A DNA stretch of 64,000 nt, taken from contig JACOYR010000004.1 of assembly GCA_016181765.1 (NCBI GenBank), positions 201,853 to 265,852 on the forward strand, given 5' to 3'. Of this stretch, positions 23,615 through 33,810 are shown piece by piece. A model generated the notes under the pieces. The model did not search any database, was not told the origin of the DNA, and was given only the letters and a program-made list of their open reading frames with translations. The first letter of the stretch is position 1; every line of letters starts with the position of its first letter. This DNA is from Parcubacteria group bacterium (GTDB lineage: Bacteria > Patescibacteriota > Patescibacteriia > UBA2169). A program made the translations under genes and the position numbers.

Positions 23615-24289
23615 TTACATCTGAACCGGAATGCCTGGACCCATAGTCGTGGCAAGGGTCACACTCTTGATGAACGTGCCTTTGGCTGCTGCGGGTTTTG
23701 CGGCTTTCACCGCGTCATACGCGGTCTGGATGTTCTCTTTGAGCTTGCCTGCGTCAAACGAAGCACGCCCCACCAGGATGTGGATGTTGCCCGTGTTGTC
23801 GTTCTTAAAGGAAATTTTTCCGCGGGAGAGCTCGTCAATGGCTTTTGCAATATCCGGGGAAACAGTGCCGTTCTTGGGAGAAGGCATCAAGCCGCGCGGC
23901 CCCAGGATTTTCGCAACCGGAGCAAGCTTTGGCATGAATGCGGGCTCCGCAACCAAGACGTCAAAATCCATCTTCCCGACCTGGATCTCTTTGATGAGCT
24001 CTTCCCCGCCCGCAATGTGCGCACCTGCGGCTTTGGCTGCGGCAGGGTTTGCGGTGATAGCAGCGATCTTCTGCTTCTTGCCCGTGCCGTGCGGCAGGCT
24101 CGCGGTTCCGCGCACCTGCTCGTCCGACTGCTTCACGTCTATGCCCGTGCGCACGTGGAGCTCCACGCCCGCGTCAAACTTAGTGTTGCCCGCATCTTCA
24201 AGCCGCGCCAACGCCTCGTCCAGGCTGTATGTTTTGCCAGCCTCAACTTTTTCTTTGAGCGCCCGGTAGCGCTTTGAATGTTTTGCCAT
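23615..24289 (-). CDS. rplA: 50S ribosomal protein L1
   Basis: MAKHSKRYRALKEKV…GPRGLMPSPKNGTV… matches L1. Confidence 0.95.
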   Translation of the reverse strand: MAKHSKRYRALKEKVEAGKTYSLDEALARLEDAGNTKFDAGVELHVRTGIDVKQSDEQVRGTASLPHGTGKKQKIAAITANPAAAKAAGAHIAGGEELIKEIQVGKMDFDVLVAEPAFMPKLAPVAKILGPRGLMPSPKNGTVSPDIAKAIDELSRGKISFKNDNTGNIHILVGRASFDAGKLKENIQTAYDAVKAAKPAAAKGTFIKSVTLATTMGPGIPVQM

Positions 24290-24376
24290 AGGTTCTTCAG
24301 CCGCTTACAACGGCCGGAGTGGTGCGAACGAACGGAGACGAATCCGCTCTCCCACATGCGAATGAATTAAATCAAC

Positions 24377-24805
24377 TTATTTTACCTCCAGCCCCATCTG
24401 CTTGGCCGTGCCCTCAATGGTCTTCATGGCGGCCTCAATGCCGTTGGCGTTCAGGTCAGGCATCTTCACCTCCGCGATCTCTCTGATCTGCGCCCGGGTC
24501 ACGGTGCCCACCTTTTTTGTGTTCGGCGTGCCGGACCCGCTCTTGATCTTCGCGGCTTTCTTCAATAATTCGGACGCGGGCGACGTTTTGAGGATGAACG
24601 AAAAGCTGCGGTCCGTGTAAATGGTAATCACCGCCGGAATCACCTCGCCTCTCTGGTCCTTGGTCTTGTCGTTGTACTGGGCGCAGAACTCGCCCATGTT
24701 CACGCCATGCGGCCCGAGCGCAGTTCCCACCGGAGGCGCCGGGTTTGCGGCTCCGGCCTGGAGCTGCAGCTTGACCACTGCTTTCACTTCTTTCTTTTTC
24801 GCCAT
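24377..24805 (-). CDS. rplK: 50S ribosomal protein L11
   Basis: [37 protein letters not shown]… matches L11. Confidence 0.95.
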   Translation of the reverse strand: MAKKKEVKAVVKLQLQAGAANPAPPVGTALGPHGVNMGEFCAQYNDKTKDQRGEVIPAVITIYTDRSFSFILKTSPASELLKKAAKIKSGSGTPNTKKVGTVTRAQIREIAEVKMPDLNANGIEAAMKTIEGTAKQMGLEVK

Positions 24806-24818
24806 ACGATTAAATCTT

Positions 24819-25364
24819 TTAAATCTTTTCTACCTGTAAAAAGTCCAGTTCAACCGGGGTTTCCCTGCCGAACATGGAGACCAGTACTTTAACTTTTCCG
24901 CGGGATTTGTCAACGTCGCTCACCTTGCCCTCAAATTCCTTGAACGGCCCGTCCACGATCTTCACCGGCTCGCCGGCCGAAAGGTCAACTTTGAACTCGG
25001 GCTCTTTCAGGCCCATGCGCTTCTGCATGGATGCGACTTCAGCCTCGGCAATGGGAGTCGGCGTGGTGCCGGTGCCAATGAACCCGGTCACGTTCGGGGT
25101 GTTGCGCACCACGTACCAGGAGTCGTCGGTCACGACCATCTCCACCAGCACGTAGCCGGGGTACACCTTTTCCGTCACCTGGGTGCGCTTGCCGTTCTTG
25201 ATCTTGATCTTGGTCTCGGTCGGCACCATCACGTCAAAAATTTTGTCCCCCATGTCCAGGGATTCAATGCGCTGCTTCAGGTTGCGCGCCACGTTCTCCT
25301 CATAGCCCGAGTACGTGTGCAGCACGTACCACCTCCGCCCTAAATTGCCGGTCTGCTTCGCCAT
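24819..25364 (-). CDS. nusG: transcription antitermination factor NusG
   Basis: The NGN domain starts at [16 protein letters not shown], and the KOW domain is at …[17 protein letters not shown]. The ATG at 25364 directly follows the secE stop. Confidence 0.9.
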   Translation of the reverse strand: MAKQTGNLGRRWYVLHTYSGYEENVARNLKQRIESLDMGDKIFDVMVPTETKIKIKNGKRTQVTEKVYPGYVLVEMVVTDDSWYVVRNTPNVTGFIGTGTTPTPIAEAEVASMQKRMGLKEPEFKVDLSAGEPVKIVDGPFKEFEGKVSDVDKSRGKVKVLVSMFGRETPVELDFLQVEKI

Positions 25365-25366
25365 AC

Positions 25367-25555
25367 TTAAAAGGCCGCGAGCGCGTACTCCAGAAGCCAG
25401 CTCAAGCCATAGTCTGCCCCGCCCAAAAATGCGGCAATGCCAACGGAAACTGCTATCACGAGGATCGTGGCATTCATGGTCTGCTGGCTTCCGGGCCACG
25501 TGACTTTGCGCAGTTCCTGGCGCGAATTCTTGAGGTATTGGATGATTGCGTTCAT
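25367..25555 (-). CDS. secE: preprotein translocase subunit SecE
   Basis: The 62-aa product (MNAIIQYLKNSRQELRKVTWPGSQQTMNATILVIAVSVGIAAF…) has a single C-terminal TM helix. Confidence 0.85.
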   Translation of the reverse strand: MNAIIQYLKNSRQELRKVTWPGSQQTMNATILVIAVSVGIAAFLGGADYGLSWLLEYALAAF

Positions 25556-25565
25556 GTTTTCTATC

Positions 25566-25588
25566 TAAAAATGCCCCCCAGGGGCACC
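25566..25588 (-). terminator. hairpin ggtgcccctggggggcat plus a U5 run, 10 nt upstream of the secE start (gyrB terminator or leader attenuator)
   Basis: The structure was read from the sequence. Confidence 0.45.
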
Positions 25589-25601
25589 AATTACTGCACC
25601 C

Positions 25602-25629
25602 ATTATACCATAATGGGAAAATAATGCAA
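25602..25629 (-). promoter_or_regulatory. candidate secE-nusG promoter: -35 TTGCAT, 16-bp spacer, extended -10 TGGTATAAT
   Basis: The minus strand reads cacTTGCATtattttcccattaTGGTATAATg. It lies, oddly, upstream of the hairpin and U-run. Confidence 0.4.
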
Positions 25630-25637
25630 GTGCCACG

Positions 25638-27647
<2,010 letters not shown>

Positions 27648-28085
27648 CTAGGCGTGCTTGTCTAAAAATGTGCTGTAAGAATCGGCAAACTGCTGAAAAA
27701 CATCAGGGGCTTTCTGCAAATACGCATACACTTTTTTAAAATCAACATCTGCATACTCATGAATAAGCAAATTTCTGAATTTTGTCATATCCTTATTCTC
27801 ATTGATTATTTGTTGCGGAACAACTCCGACTTCTCCCAAAAGGCGCACAATATCAGAGTAATCTTCGGCTGATTTTTGAAAAACAGTACTCAAAATATGA
27901 TTTCCCGCATCAGTTATAATCGCAATCCCAATCGCTAAATCAAACATAGCCGCCCCGTTCAACTTTTTGTCAGCGATAAAATCCTCTTGAGTTTGCGCCT
28001 CTTCGGCATATTCCCGCAAATCACTGATGAGATCTTGCAATTTCATCAATTTTTTTTGAATTGATTTTCTATCTAGTGGGGACAT
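27648..28085 (-). CDS. hepT: HepT-like (DUF86) toxin
   Basis: The Rx4HxY motif RNLLIHEY is present. The gene is AT-rich and overlaps the 3' end of the MNT gene. The start is uncertain (ORF to 28196; Met at 28085 or 28046). Confidence 0.75.
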   Translation of the reverse strand: MSPLDRKSIQKKLMKLQDLISDLREYAEEAQTQEDFIADKKLNGAAMFDLAIGIAIITDAGNHILSTVFQKSAEDYSDIVRLLGEVGVVPQQIINENKDMTKFRNLLIHEYADVDFKKVYAYLQKAPDVFQQFADSYSTFLDKHA

Positions 28086-28536
28086 ATATTTCCGGTTTGC
28101 CAAATGTTTTATGAACCAAATGTCGGCGCATGATTTGATACTGTGTTTCGCGGATGTGGTTTGTGTCTTCGTATTCTCTCCTGATTTTTTGCTCAATCAT
28201 AAATCGCTGTTCCTCATCAGTAACATACAGCGGCTTTGCGTAAAACACGGCGCGATGTTTCAACAGCGGGCTCTTGCATGTTTCCAAATTAACCACATCA
28301 ACGCGGTCAATCTTAAACACACTCCCAATATCGGACATCATGCTCAACTCCAAATCAAACTGCTTGTCTTTTGGTACTTTCTTGGAAAAAACCACGGCAA
28401 TGTCCACATCCGACAAAGGACCGACATTACCCCTGGCGCGCGAGCCAAACAAATACGCCAGCGCAACCTTGCGCTTTTCAAAAATCGGGGCCAGTTTTTG
28501 CTTGATTTCTTCAATGGTTTTGGTCATATAATCCAA
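28069..28536 (-). CDS. mnt: MNT (minimal nucleotidyltransferase) antitoxin
   Basis: The GSxxxG…DxD motif GSRARGNVGPLSDVDIAV is present. It lies upstream of, and overlaps, hepT. Confidence 0.8.
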   Translation of the reverse strand: MDYMTKTIEEIKQKLAPIFEKRKVALAYLFGSRARGNVGPLSDVDIAVVFSKKVPKDKQFDLELSMMSDIGSVFKIDRVDVVNLETCKSPLLKHRAVFYAKPLYVTDEEQRFMIEQKIRREYEDTNHIRETQYQIMRRHLVHKTFGKPEIYVPTR

Positions 28537-28663
28537 GTTTGGATGATGATGTCAGTATAACAGATATTTTTGATGAAATAAAGGGTTGATGATGCAGTTT
28601 TTGCGCTAATGTTGGGGAAAAATAAATGATGAAATATGGCTAATTTTAGCCTATCTTGTGCTA

Positions 28664-28692
28664 TTGACATTATTTTGTAGGTGTGGTATAAT
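28664..28692 (+). promoter_or_regulatory. consensus promoter TTGACA-17-TATAAT with extended -10 TGG (TGGTATAAT)
   Basis: The + strand reads ctaTTGACAttattttgtaggtgTGGTATAATagat. Confidence 0.7.
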
Positions 28693-28731
28693 AGATACAT
28701 AATCAAAAGCCAAAAAAACCGTTCTTTGATA

Positions 28732-28781
28732 GAGGTGTTGCGATGATTGCTTAAGCCCTTGAGCCATTATCGCAACACCTC
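28732..28781 (+). repeat. leader hairpin module, copy 1 (18-bp arms gaggtgttgcgatgattg / ccattatcgcaacacctc) in the 5'UTR
   Basis: The same architecture, with covarying arm sequence, is found at 29267-29322 and 30471-30528. Confidence 0.7.
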
Positions 28782-28881
28782 GCAAAATAAGGACTGCCCG
28801 CAGAGGGCGTATGGACACATTTCCGCAATTCCGCGGAGATGGTCCCACTCAATAACGCCCGACAGGGCAGGAGAAAAAACA

Positions 28882-29142
28882 ATGCGGTACCATTGGGCAA
28901 TCATGAATGAAGACGGCCGGCCCCTGGCGTACTGCCAGGAAGACACCCACATCGTCCCGCCAGAGGGACGACACCAAGAAGTTTGCATTCGGGGGTACTT
29001 CCTCCGGAGGATCGGGAAATCCTCCAGCCGCTTCGTCCGGACCATGGACGAGGCACTGGCCCTCGTACCCGGCGGGGTGAGGTACGAAGGCTGGTACCGC
29101 GGGGCTACCTGGCCCTGCGGTGACGGCGTGCCCGACTGGTGA
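28882..29142 (+). CDS. small Cys/Trp-rich hypothetical protein (86 aa)
   Basis: An AGGAG sits 8 nt upstream of the ATG. It is the first gene downstream of the strong promoter. The ORF is open from 28747. Confidence 0.5.
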   Translation: MRYHWAIMNEDGRPLAYCQEDTHIVPPEGRHQEVCIRGYFLRRIGKSSSRFVRTMDEALALVPGGVRYEGWYRGATWPCGDGVPDW

Positions 29143-29153
29143 CCCGTCACATC

Positions 29154-29322
29154 GGCAGTCGGACGAACTCAATGCAACCAATGCAACGAGTTTCGTCCGA
29201 CTGCCACCTTTCCCTGCCCTCAACCAAAGTTGAGGTTAGAGAAAAGATTAAAACCGCTCTTTAATTGGAAGGTGTTGCTATAATGGCTTAAAGTCATTTG
29301 AGAGATTATAGCAACATCTTCC
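29154..29322 (+). repeat. intergenic module, copy 2: perfect 17-bp hairpin ggcagtcggacgaactc…gagtttcgtccgactgcc, a small hairpin ctcaac…gttgag, and the long palindrome gaaggtgttgctataat…attatagcaacatcttcc
   Basis: It is near-identical to 30367-30528. There is no U-run after the first hairpin. Confidence 0.75.
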
Positions 29323-29361
29323 GTAGTTTTCACCCACCCTCGTACACAAGGAGATAAGACA

Positions 29362-30315
29362 GTGTTCACCCGTTTCGCAGTGCTCGCAGTAGCCGCGCTC
29401 GCGGCCATCACAGGGTGCGCGGGTCCTCGGACCCTCGCGCCCTCACACGTCGCTACCGACGACGGCGACTTCAACCACCCGCTCATCGAAGAGATGCAGG
29501 GGGTTGGTGCGGGCATCGCGCCCTCGCACAAAGAGCTGGCACGCATCACGGAGCTCGCCCGCGAAGCCGAAGCGTCGCTCAAGCAGGACCCCACCACAAT
29601 AGTGACGAGCCACACCAAGACGGCGCGGTTCTCAACCGGCGCCATTGCCACGTTCGCATGGGATCTGGATACCGGCGGCGATGCGGAGCTCACCGGAAGG
29701 ATGCTCATCAGCAGCAACACGGACACGGCAAACGATGAGCGCGATAGCGTGTTCACCTCGGTGCAGATCAAAGAGATGCGGACCACCCTCTTGGACGGCA
29801 GCGGACGGAGCAGTCGCACGGTCATCATATCCGTGTGGGCCAGCCGGATCGGCTGCGAGCCGCGCGAATCCAAACAGGAGCTCGCAAAGCTCCTCAAGGG
29901 GTTCGTCGGTTACTCAAGCAGCTATGTGGATATGGCGGAAGCCAACATCCACACCATCGCGTCTTGGCTCCGCGACGGCATGCCGGCCGCGGAAAACGTC
30001 AGTGTCCGGTTCACCGAGGAGAACGAACTCCGTCAGGCAGTCACGCGCGTGGCGCGCAACTGGCACACCTCGGTCCGCCGCGACAGCGTGTTCTATCGCG
30101 TGGTGAACGAGCTCTCGCGCGACGGCACGCGGCTCGTGCTTCCGTCCCACGTCAGCGAGCTCTCCCATGACCTGGAGGAGCTCAACGTCATCAGCGTGGC
30201 GGAAGAGCAGTGGGGCGCCGATGCCTGGCGCAAGCTCATCAAGTACCACGATGAGCAGGCGTTCGCCGCCGAGAAAGAGCGGCTCCTCGCCCTGGTGGAA
30301 CGGCTGAAGGGATAG
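29362..30315 (+). CDS. lipoprotein (lipobox LAAITGC), 317 aa, hypothetical
   Basis: The GTG start has AAGGAG 8 nt upstream. The signal peptide is followed by a Cys. Confidence 0.7.
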   Translation: MFTRFAVLAVAALAAITGCAGPRTLAPSHVATDDGDFNHPLIEEMQGVGAGIAPSHKELARITELAREAEASLKQDPTTIVTSHTKTARFSTGAIATFAWDLDTGGDAELTGRMLISSNTDTANDERDSVFTSVQIKEMRTTLLDGSGRSSRTVIISVWASRIGCEPRESKQELAKLLKGFVGYSSSYVDMAEANIHTIASWLRDGMPAAENVSVRFTEENELRQAVTRVARNWHTSVRRDSVFYRVVNELSRDGTRLVLPSHVSELSHDLEELNVISVAEEQWGADAWRKLIKYHDEQAFAAEKERLLALVERLKG

Positions 30316-30366
30316 CCGAACCACCACCCCCCCCCCGCTCCCGCGACCGCGCAGCAGTAGCGCACC

Positions 30367-30528
30367 GGCAGTCGGACGAACTCAAACCAACGAGTTTCGT
30401 CCGACTGCCACTATTCCCTGCCCTCAACGAAAGTTGAGGTTAGAGAAAAGATTAAAACCGCTCTTTTATCCGAAGGTGTTGCTATAATGACTTAACAAAT
30501 TGTTTGAGAGATTATAGCAACACCTTCG
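30367..30528 (+). repeat. intergenic module, copy 3 (same two hairpins plus the palindrome cgaaggtgttgctataat…attatagcaacaccttcg)
   Basis: It is a direct repeat of copy 2 and is preceded by a C10 homopolymer at 30327-30336. Confidence 0.75.
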
Positions 30529-30564
30529 TAGTATTCACCCCACCCTCCCACAAGGAGAAAACAG

Positions 30565-31158
30565 ATGTACCGATTCCGCTTCATCCTCGCGCTCGTGGCC
30601 GCCATGGCCATCGCAGTCGTGGCCTGCAGAGACAAGGCCGTGACCACGCTCAACGACATCGTCACCGACACGGTGATTGAGGTCGCCGTTGCCTCCCTCG
30701 CCCAGGACATCAAGGCGGGAGACGCGGGAAACTGGTCGTACGCCGACTCGTACGGCCCGACCTGGACCGCGAACACAAAGGCCCGGCACGCAATCTTCGC
30801 CGATCACCTCGGTGAGGATTGGTTCGACCTCGTGTACGACAACAAGACCGACTACCGGGAGCGGGCTATGCGCATCGCCCGCGAATCCCTGGACACGCCC
30901 GAGGAGCTGTGGGCCGCGTACCTTCGCCACAAGGCGAAGGTCATCGCCGAGATCCGAAAGCACGGCATCCAGGACGATGTCGTCAGATACTCAACCGCCG
31001 CCCTGCCCTACTTCTCGCCGCCGGGCGGCGAAGAGCTCACCGACCCCCACGGCGACCACGGAGCCAAGGAGTGGGCCGAACGTCGGCGAACCGAAGGCGG
31101 CGACGCCCTAGTCGTTGCCTGGGGCGAGGTCATCGCAGATCTCGCCAGTTCACTGTAG
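30565..31158 (+). CDS. lipoprotein (lipobox AVVAC), 197 aa, hypothetical
   Basis: The ATG has AAGGAGA upstream, and a signal peptide is present. Confidence 0.7.
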   Translation: MYRFRFILALVAAMAIAVVACRDKAVTTLNDIVTDTVIEVAVASLAQDIKAGDAGNWSYADSYGPTWTANTKARHAIFADHLGEDWFDLVYDNKTDYRERAMRIARESLDTPEELWAAYLRHKAKVIAEIRKHGIQDDVVRYSTAALPYFSPPGGEELTDPHGDHGAKEWAERRRTEGGDALVVAWGEVIADLASSL

Positions 31159-31188
31159 TCGCCCGCCCCCAACGGCGGCCGCATCATC

Positions 31189-31236
31189 GGCCCGCTGCCA
31201 AGCTAGAAGTTATAGCAAGGCAGCGGGTCTTTTTTT
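31189..31236 (+). terminator. rho-independent terminator (stem ggcccgctgcc/ggcagcgggtc, 19-nt loop, T7 run). Its loop-to-T-run part is duplicated at 32384-32422
   Basis: The structure was read from the sequence. Confidence 0.75.
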
Positions 31237-31246
31237 ATGCGCGGGC

Positions 31247-32335
31247 TTATTTCACCGCATAATTTTTCGCGGCAAACACGTACTGCTCTATGAAGATAGC
31301 CTTAAATGGAATAATTGAATTAACCTCGTAAAACACGAGGGTCGCTTCGCGGTAGTCTTTCTCCTTTACGCTCCGATAGGATAGAGGCGCGCAGTTGTGC
31401 GCCAGCAATATCGCGTTTGCCATAATGCGCGCGGTGCGCTTATTGCCGTCATTAAACGGCTGAATGTAGCTGATGCCGAGCAAGGCCAAGAGGGCTTTGG
31501 CATAGGGGGTTTTCGCCCTTGCCATGGCGGCCGCCAGCGCCTCTACCGCCTCTCTAATCTGATGCGCGTTGTCCAGCGGCCGATACTTGGAACCGGTTAC
31601 GCCGACCGGTTTTTGGCGCAATCCCGCGCCCACGCTTAAATCTTTCACTACCATGCCATGCAGTTGTTCAAGATTAGGGCGCGTCAGAACGCGAAACTCT
31701 TTCTTATGTTCGTACACAAACTCAAACGCGTCCTTGTGATTGAGAATCATGCGGGCTTCTTTTTTATCATGCCCAAGAGCTTCCTTGCGCTCTAAAATAA
31801 GCTTCTCCGTGTCAAGAAGCGTATACGTATTCCCCTCAATCTTTGATGATTTCCAGGACAGTTCTATGATGAGCCGTTCTAATTCTTTCTTTTGAATGGC
31901 CCGCGGTAACCGCGCCGTCCGCGCATGATATTCGTCGGTTGCCTTTTCAAGAGCGGCTTGTTCGGCCGGAGTGAAGATATCGGAGAGGAACGACGGCAGC
32001 AGATCAAAATTAAAACGCGCGAGCCCAAAGCGCTCGTCCGGTTCCGTGGCGCAGTAACGGTTCGCGTCCACCTCGCTCCAGATGCGCCCTAAAACGCTGA
32101 TGCCGTACGCGCGCGACCGGCCGCGGCCAAAAGCGGCCAAAAGCCCCGCCGCGGCCATGCGGGATAGTTCTCGCTTAATGGTTACCAGCGAGGTTTCTTG
32201 GCCTTCTCTGGCCAGGCGGCTGTGAACCTCTGAAGAACTTATGAAATCTTGGCGTAGAAATAAATCCAGTATTTTTTGCTGCTTTGAACTGATTATGGTC
32301 ATAATCGTATCATTTATACTAATTAATCGTATCAA
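31247..32335 (-). CDS. HTH-Fic family protein with a degenerate Fic motif (QPFNDGNKRTAR instead of HPFx[D/E]GNGR)
   Basis: An N-terminal winged HTH is followed by a Fic fold. The catalytic His is replaced by Gln and the second Gly by Lys. Confidence 0.75.
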   Translation of the reverse strand: MIRLISINDTIMTIISSKQQKILDLFLRQDFISSSEVHSRLAREGQETSLVTIKRELSRMAAAGLLAAFGRGRSRAYGISVLGRIWSEVDANRYCATEPDERFGLARFNFDLLPSFLSDIFTPAEQAALEKATDEYHARTARLPRAIQKKELERLIIELSWKSSKIEGNTYTLLDTEKLILERKEALGHDKKEARMILNHKDAFEFVYEHKKEFRVLTRPNLEQLHGMVVKDLSVGAGLRQKPVGVTGSKYRPLDNAHQIREAVEALAAAMARAKTPYAKALLALLGISYIQPFNDGNKRTARIMANAILLAHNCAPLSYRSVKEKDYREATLVFYEVNSIIPFKAIFIEQYVFAAKNYAVK

Positions 32336-32383
32336 AATGATACGATTATGTCAAACATATCGCCCGTAACCACTCACAATGGT

Positions 32384-32422
32384 AAGCTAGAAGTTATAGC
32401 AAGGTAGCGGGCCATTTTTTTT
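32384..32422 (+). repeat. direct repeat of 31200-31236 (aagctagaagttatagcaagg[c/t]agcggg…ttttttt) lacking the left stem arm
   Basis: About 34 of 37 positions are identical. Together with 31200-31236 it brackets the HTH-Fic gene. Confidence 0.7.
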
Positions 32423-32473
32423 GACTAAAATAGCTTGTAGTGTTAATCTAGTAGTATAGAGAATCCAATACAT

Positions 32474-32680
32474 ATGGAAACAGCAACAATGCCTAAAAAA
32501 ATAAGCTCCGCATCATTACACGAGCTTAAACCGTTTATTGTGCAGACAATTTCCGAAGTCTTGAACGACCCTGATTTTGGTTTAGAGCTAAGCGATCGGG
32601 CGCAGGCAAGGCTGCGGCAATCCAGAGAATCTTCGGATAAAACAATCTCGTTCAATGATGTCAAAAGAAAGTATCATTAA
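32474..32680 (+). CDS. putative antitoxin (68 aa) of the ParE-like toxin
   Basis: It is a small ORF 7 bp upstream of a ParE/RelE-family gene, in an AT-rich islet. The family is not recognised. Confidence 0.5.
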   Translation: METATMPKKISSASLHELKPFIVQTISEVLNDPDFGLELSDRAQARLRQSRESSDKTISFNDVKRKYH

Positions 32681-32686
32681 ACCCAT

Positions 32687-32956
32687 ATGGGGGAATGGGA
32701 GTTGGAATTTTCCGTTGCGGCCGAGGATGACCTCGCCGCGCTTGATAACGAACTGCGGCAGAGAATCATCAATAAGCTTGATTGGTTTTTGGAAAATTTT
32801 GATTCGCTTTCTCCTGAATCATTAACCGGCGAGTACAGGGAATTTTATAAATTGAGAGCGGGCCAGTGGAGAATATTCTATAAGGTCAACTGGCAACAAA
32901 AGACAATCACGGTCCACTATATTGACCCGAGAGACAAAGCGTACAGGAAAAGATAG
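32687..32956 (+). CDS. ParE/RelE-superfamily type II toxin
   Basis: The C-terminus …LRAGQWRIFYKVNWQQKTITVHYIDPRDKAY is characteristic of RelE/ParE. Confidence 0.75.
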   Translation: MGEWELEFSVAAEDDLAALDNELRQRIINKLDWFLENFDSLSPESLTGEYREFYKLRAGQWRIFYKVNWQQKTITVHYIDPRDKAYRKR

Positions 32957-33022
32957 CGAGTGATGCGCACGCGGAAAACAACGCCATATTTTTATGCCGT
33001 TTTTTTATTCGCCGCCGTTTTT

Positions 33023-33051
33023 TTGACAATTCCGTGTTTTTGTAGTAATAC
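33023..33051 (+). promoter_or_regulatory. candidate promoter TTGACA-17-TAATAC
   Basis: The + strand reads tttTTGACAattccgtgtttttgtagTAATACaaag. It lies upstream of the 78-aa ORF and STAS operon. Confidence 0.4.
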
Positions 33052-33169
33052 AAAGAAACACGCTGCCCGCAAAAACAGCGCAACGCAACAAAAATTGACC
33101 TTTACATAACCACAAAGTGTAGAACGATTCATCAAACCCTTCCCCGAAAGGGAGAAAGAGCATAGGCTC

Positions 33170-33406
33170 ATGAGCGGCGCAGGCACCGAAGAGGTCCCTT
33201 GGGCAAGTGCCGTAGTTGTCGTTACGGTCAGCGACAGCAACAACGACTTGGAGTGCGTACGGAAATTCGTGCGCGGGATATCCGCGCCCGATGCAGACCC
33301 GGCCGACTGTTGTGTGGATGTGGATGAGGTGCGGCAGTACAAAAACCGCCGGGGTGAACAGTGCACCGAGCTTTACCTGTTCCGCCCCCAAACCCCAAAA
33401 CCCTAA
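33170..33406 (+). CDS. small Cys-rich hypothetical protein (78 aa)
   Basis: It is an ORF with a weak GGGAG upstream. No similarity was recognised. Confidence 0.3.
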   Translation: MSGAGTEEVPWASAVVVVTVSDSNNDLECVRKFVRGISAPDADPADCCVDVDEVRQYKNRRGEQCTELYLFRPQTPKP

Positions 33407-33417
33407 GGAGGCAAGGC

Positions 33418-33777
33418 ATGAACCTCACCCAGGAACAGCACGGAAATGTGGTTGTGGTCACGTTCCACGGCGATGTACTGGATGCGCGCAACGTCAAGGA
33501 ATTCCGCCAGGCCATGGACCCCATCCTTGAGCAGCACGACACCATGATCCTGGACATGTCCGAGATTACATTCGTGGACTCCTCGGGTCTGGGCAGCCTC
33601 TTGGACTGCCTGCGCAAGCTCACTACTGACCGCGACGGCAGATTTGATCTCTGCAGCCTCACGAGGCCAGTGCGCACGCTCTTTGAGATGGTGCGCATAC
33701 ACCGCATTTTTGAGATCCATAACACCCGCGAAGATGCACTTCAGAGGCGCCAAAAAAAAGGCGCAGACACAGAGTAG
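33418..33777 (+). CDS. STAS-domain anti-sigma-factor antagonist (SpoIIAA-like)
   Basis: The motif …ITFVDSSGLGSLL… is present, and AAGGAGG sits 8 nt upstream of the ATG at 33418. Confidence 0.8.
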   Translation: MNLTQEQHGNVVVVTFHGDVLDARNVKEFRQAMDPILEQHDTMILDMSEITFVDSSGLGSLLDCLRKLTTDRDGRFDLCSLTRPVRTLFEMVRIHRIFEIHNTREDALQRRQKKGADTE

Positions 33778-33810
33778 TGTTTTTCCATCACGCACAAGGA
33801 GAGAAAAGGC

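Noticed and set aside
29279-29284. The TATAAT inside the palindromic leader arms (also at 30483-30488) taken as an internal promoter -10
   Set aside because: The homologous position in copy 1 reads gcgatgattg, with no TATAAT. There is no TG extension or acceptable -35 upstream. The arms covary as a stem, so the TATAAT is most likely incidental to the hairpin sequence.
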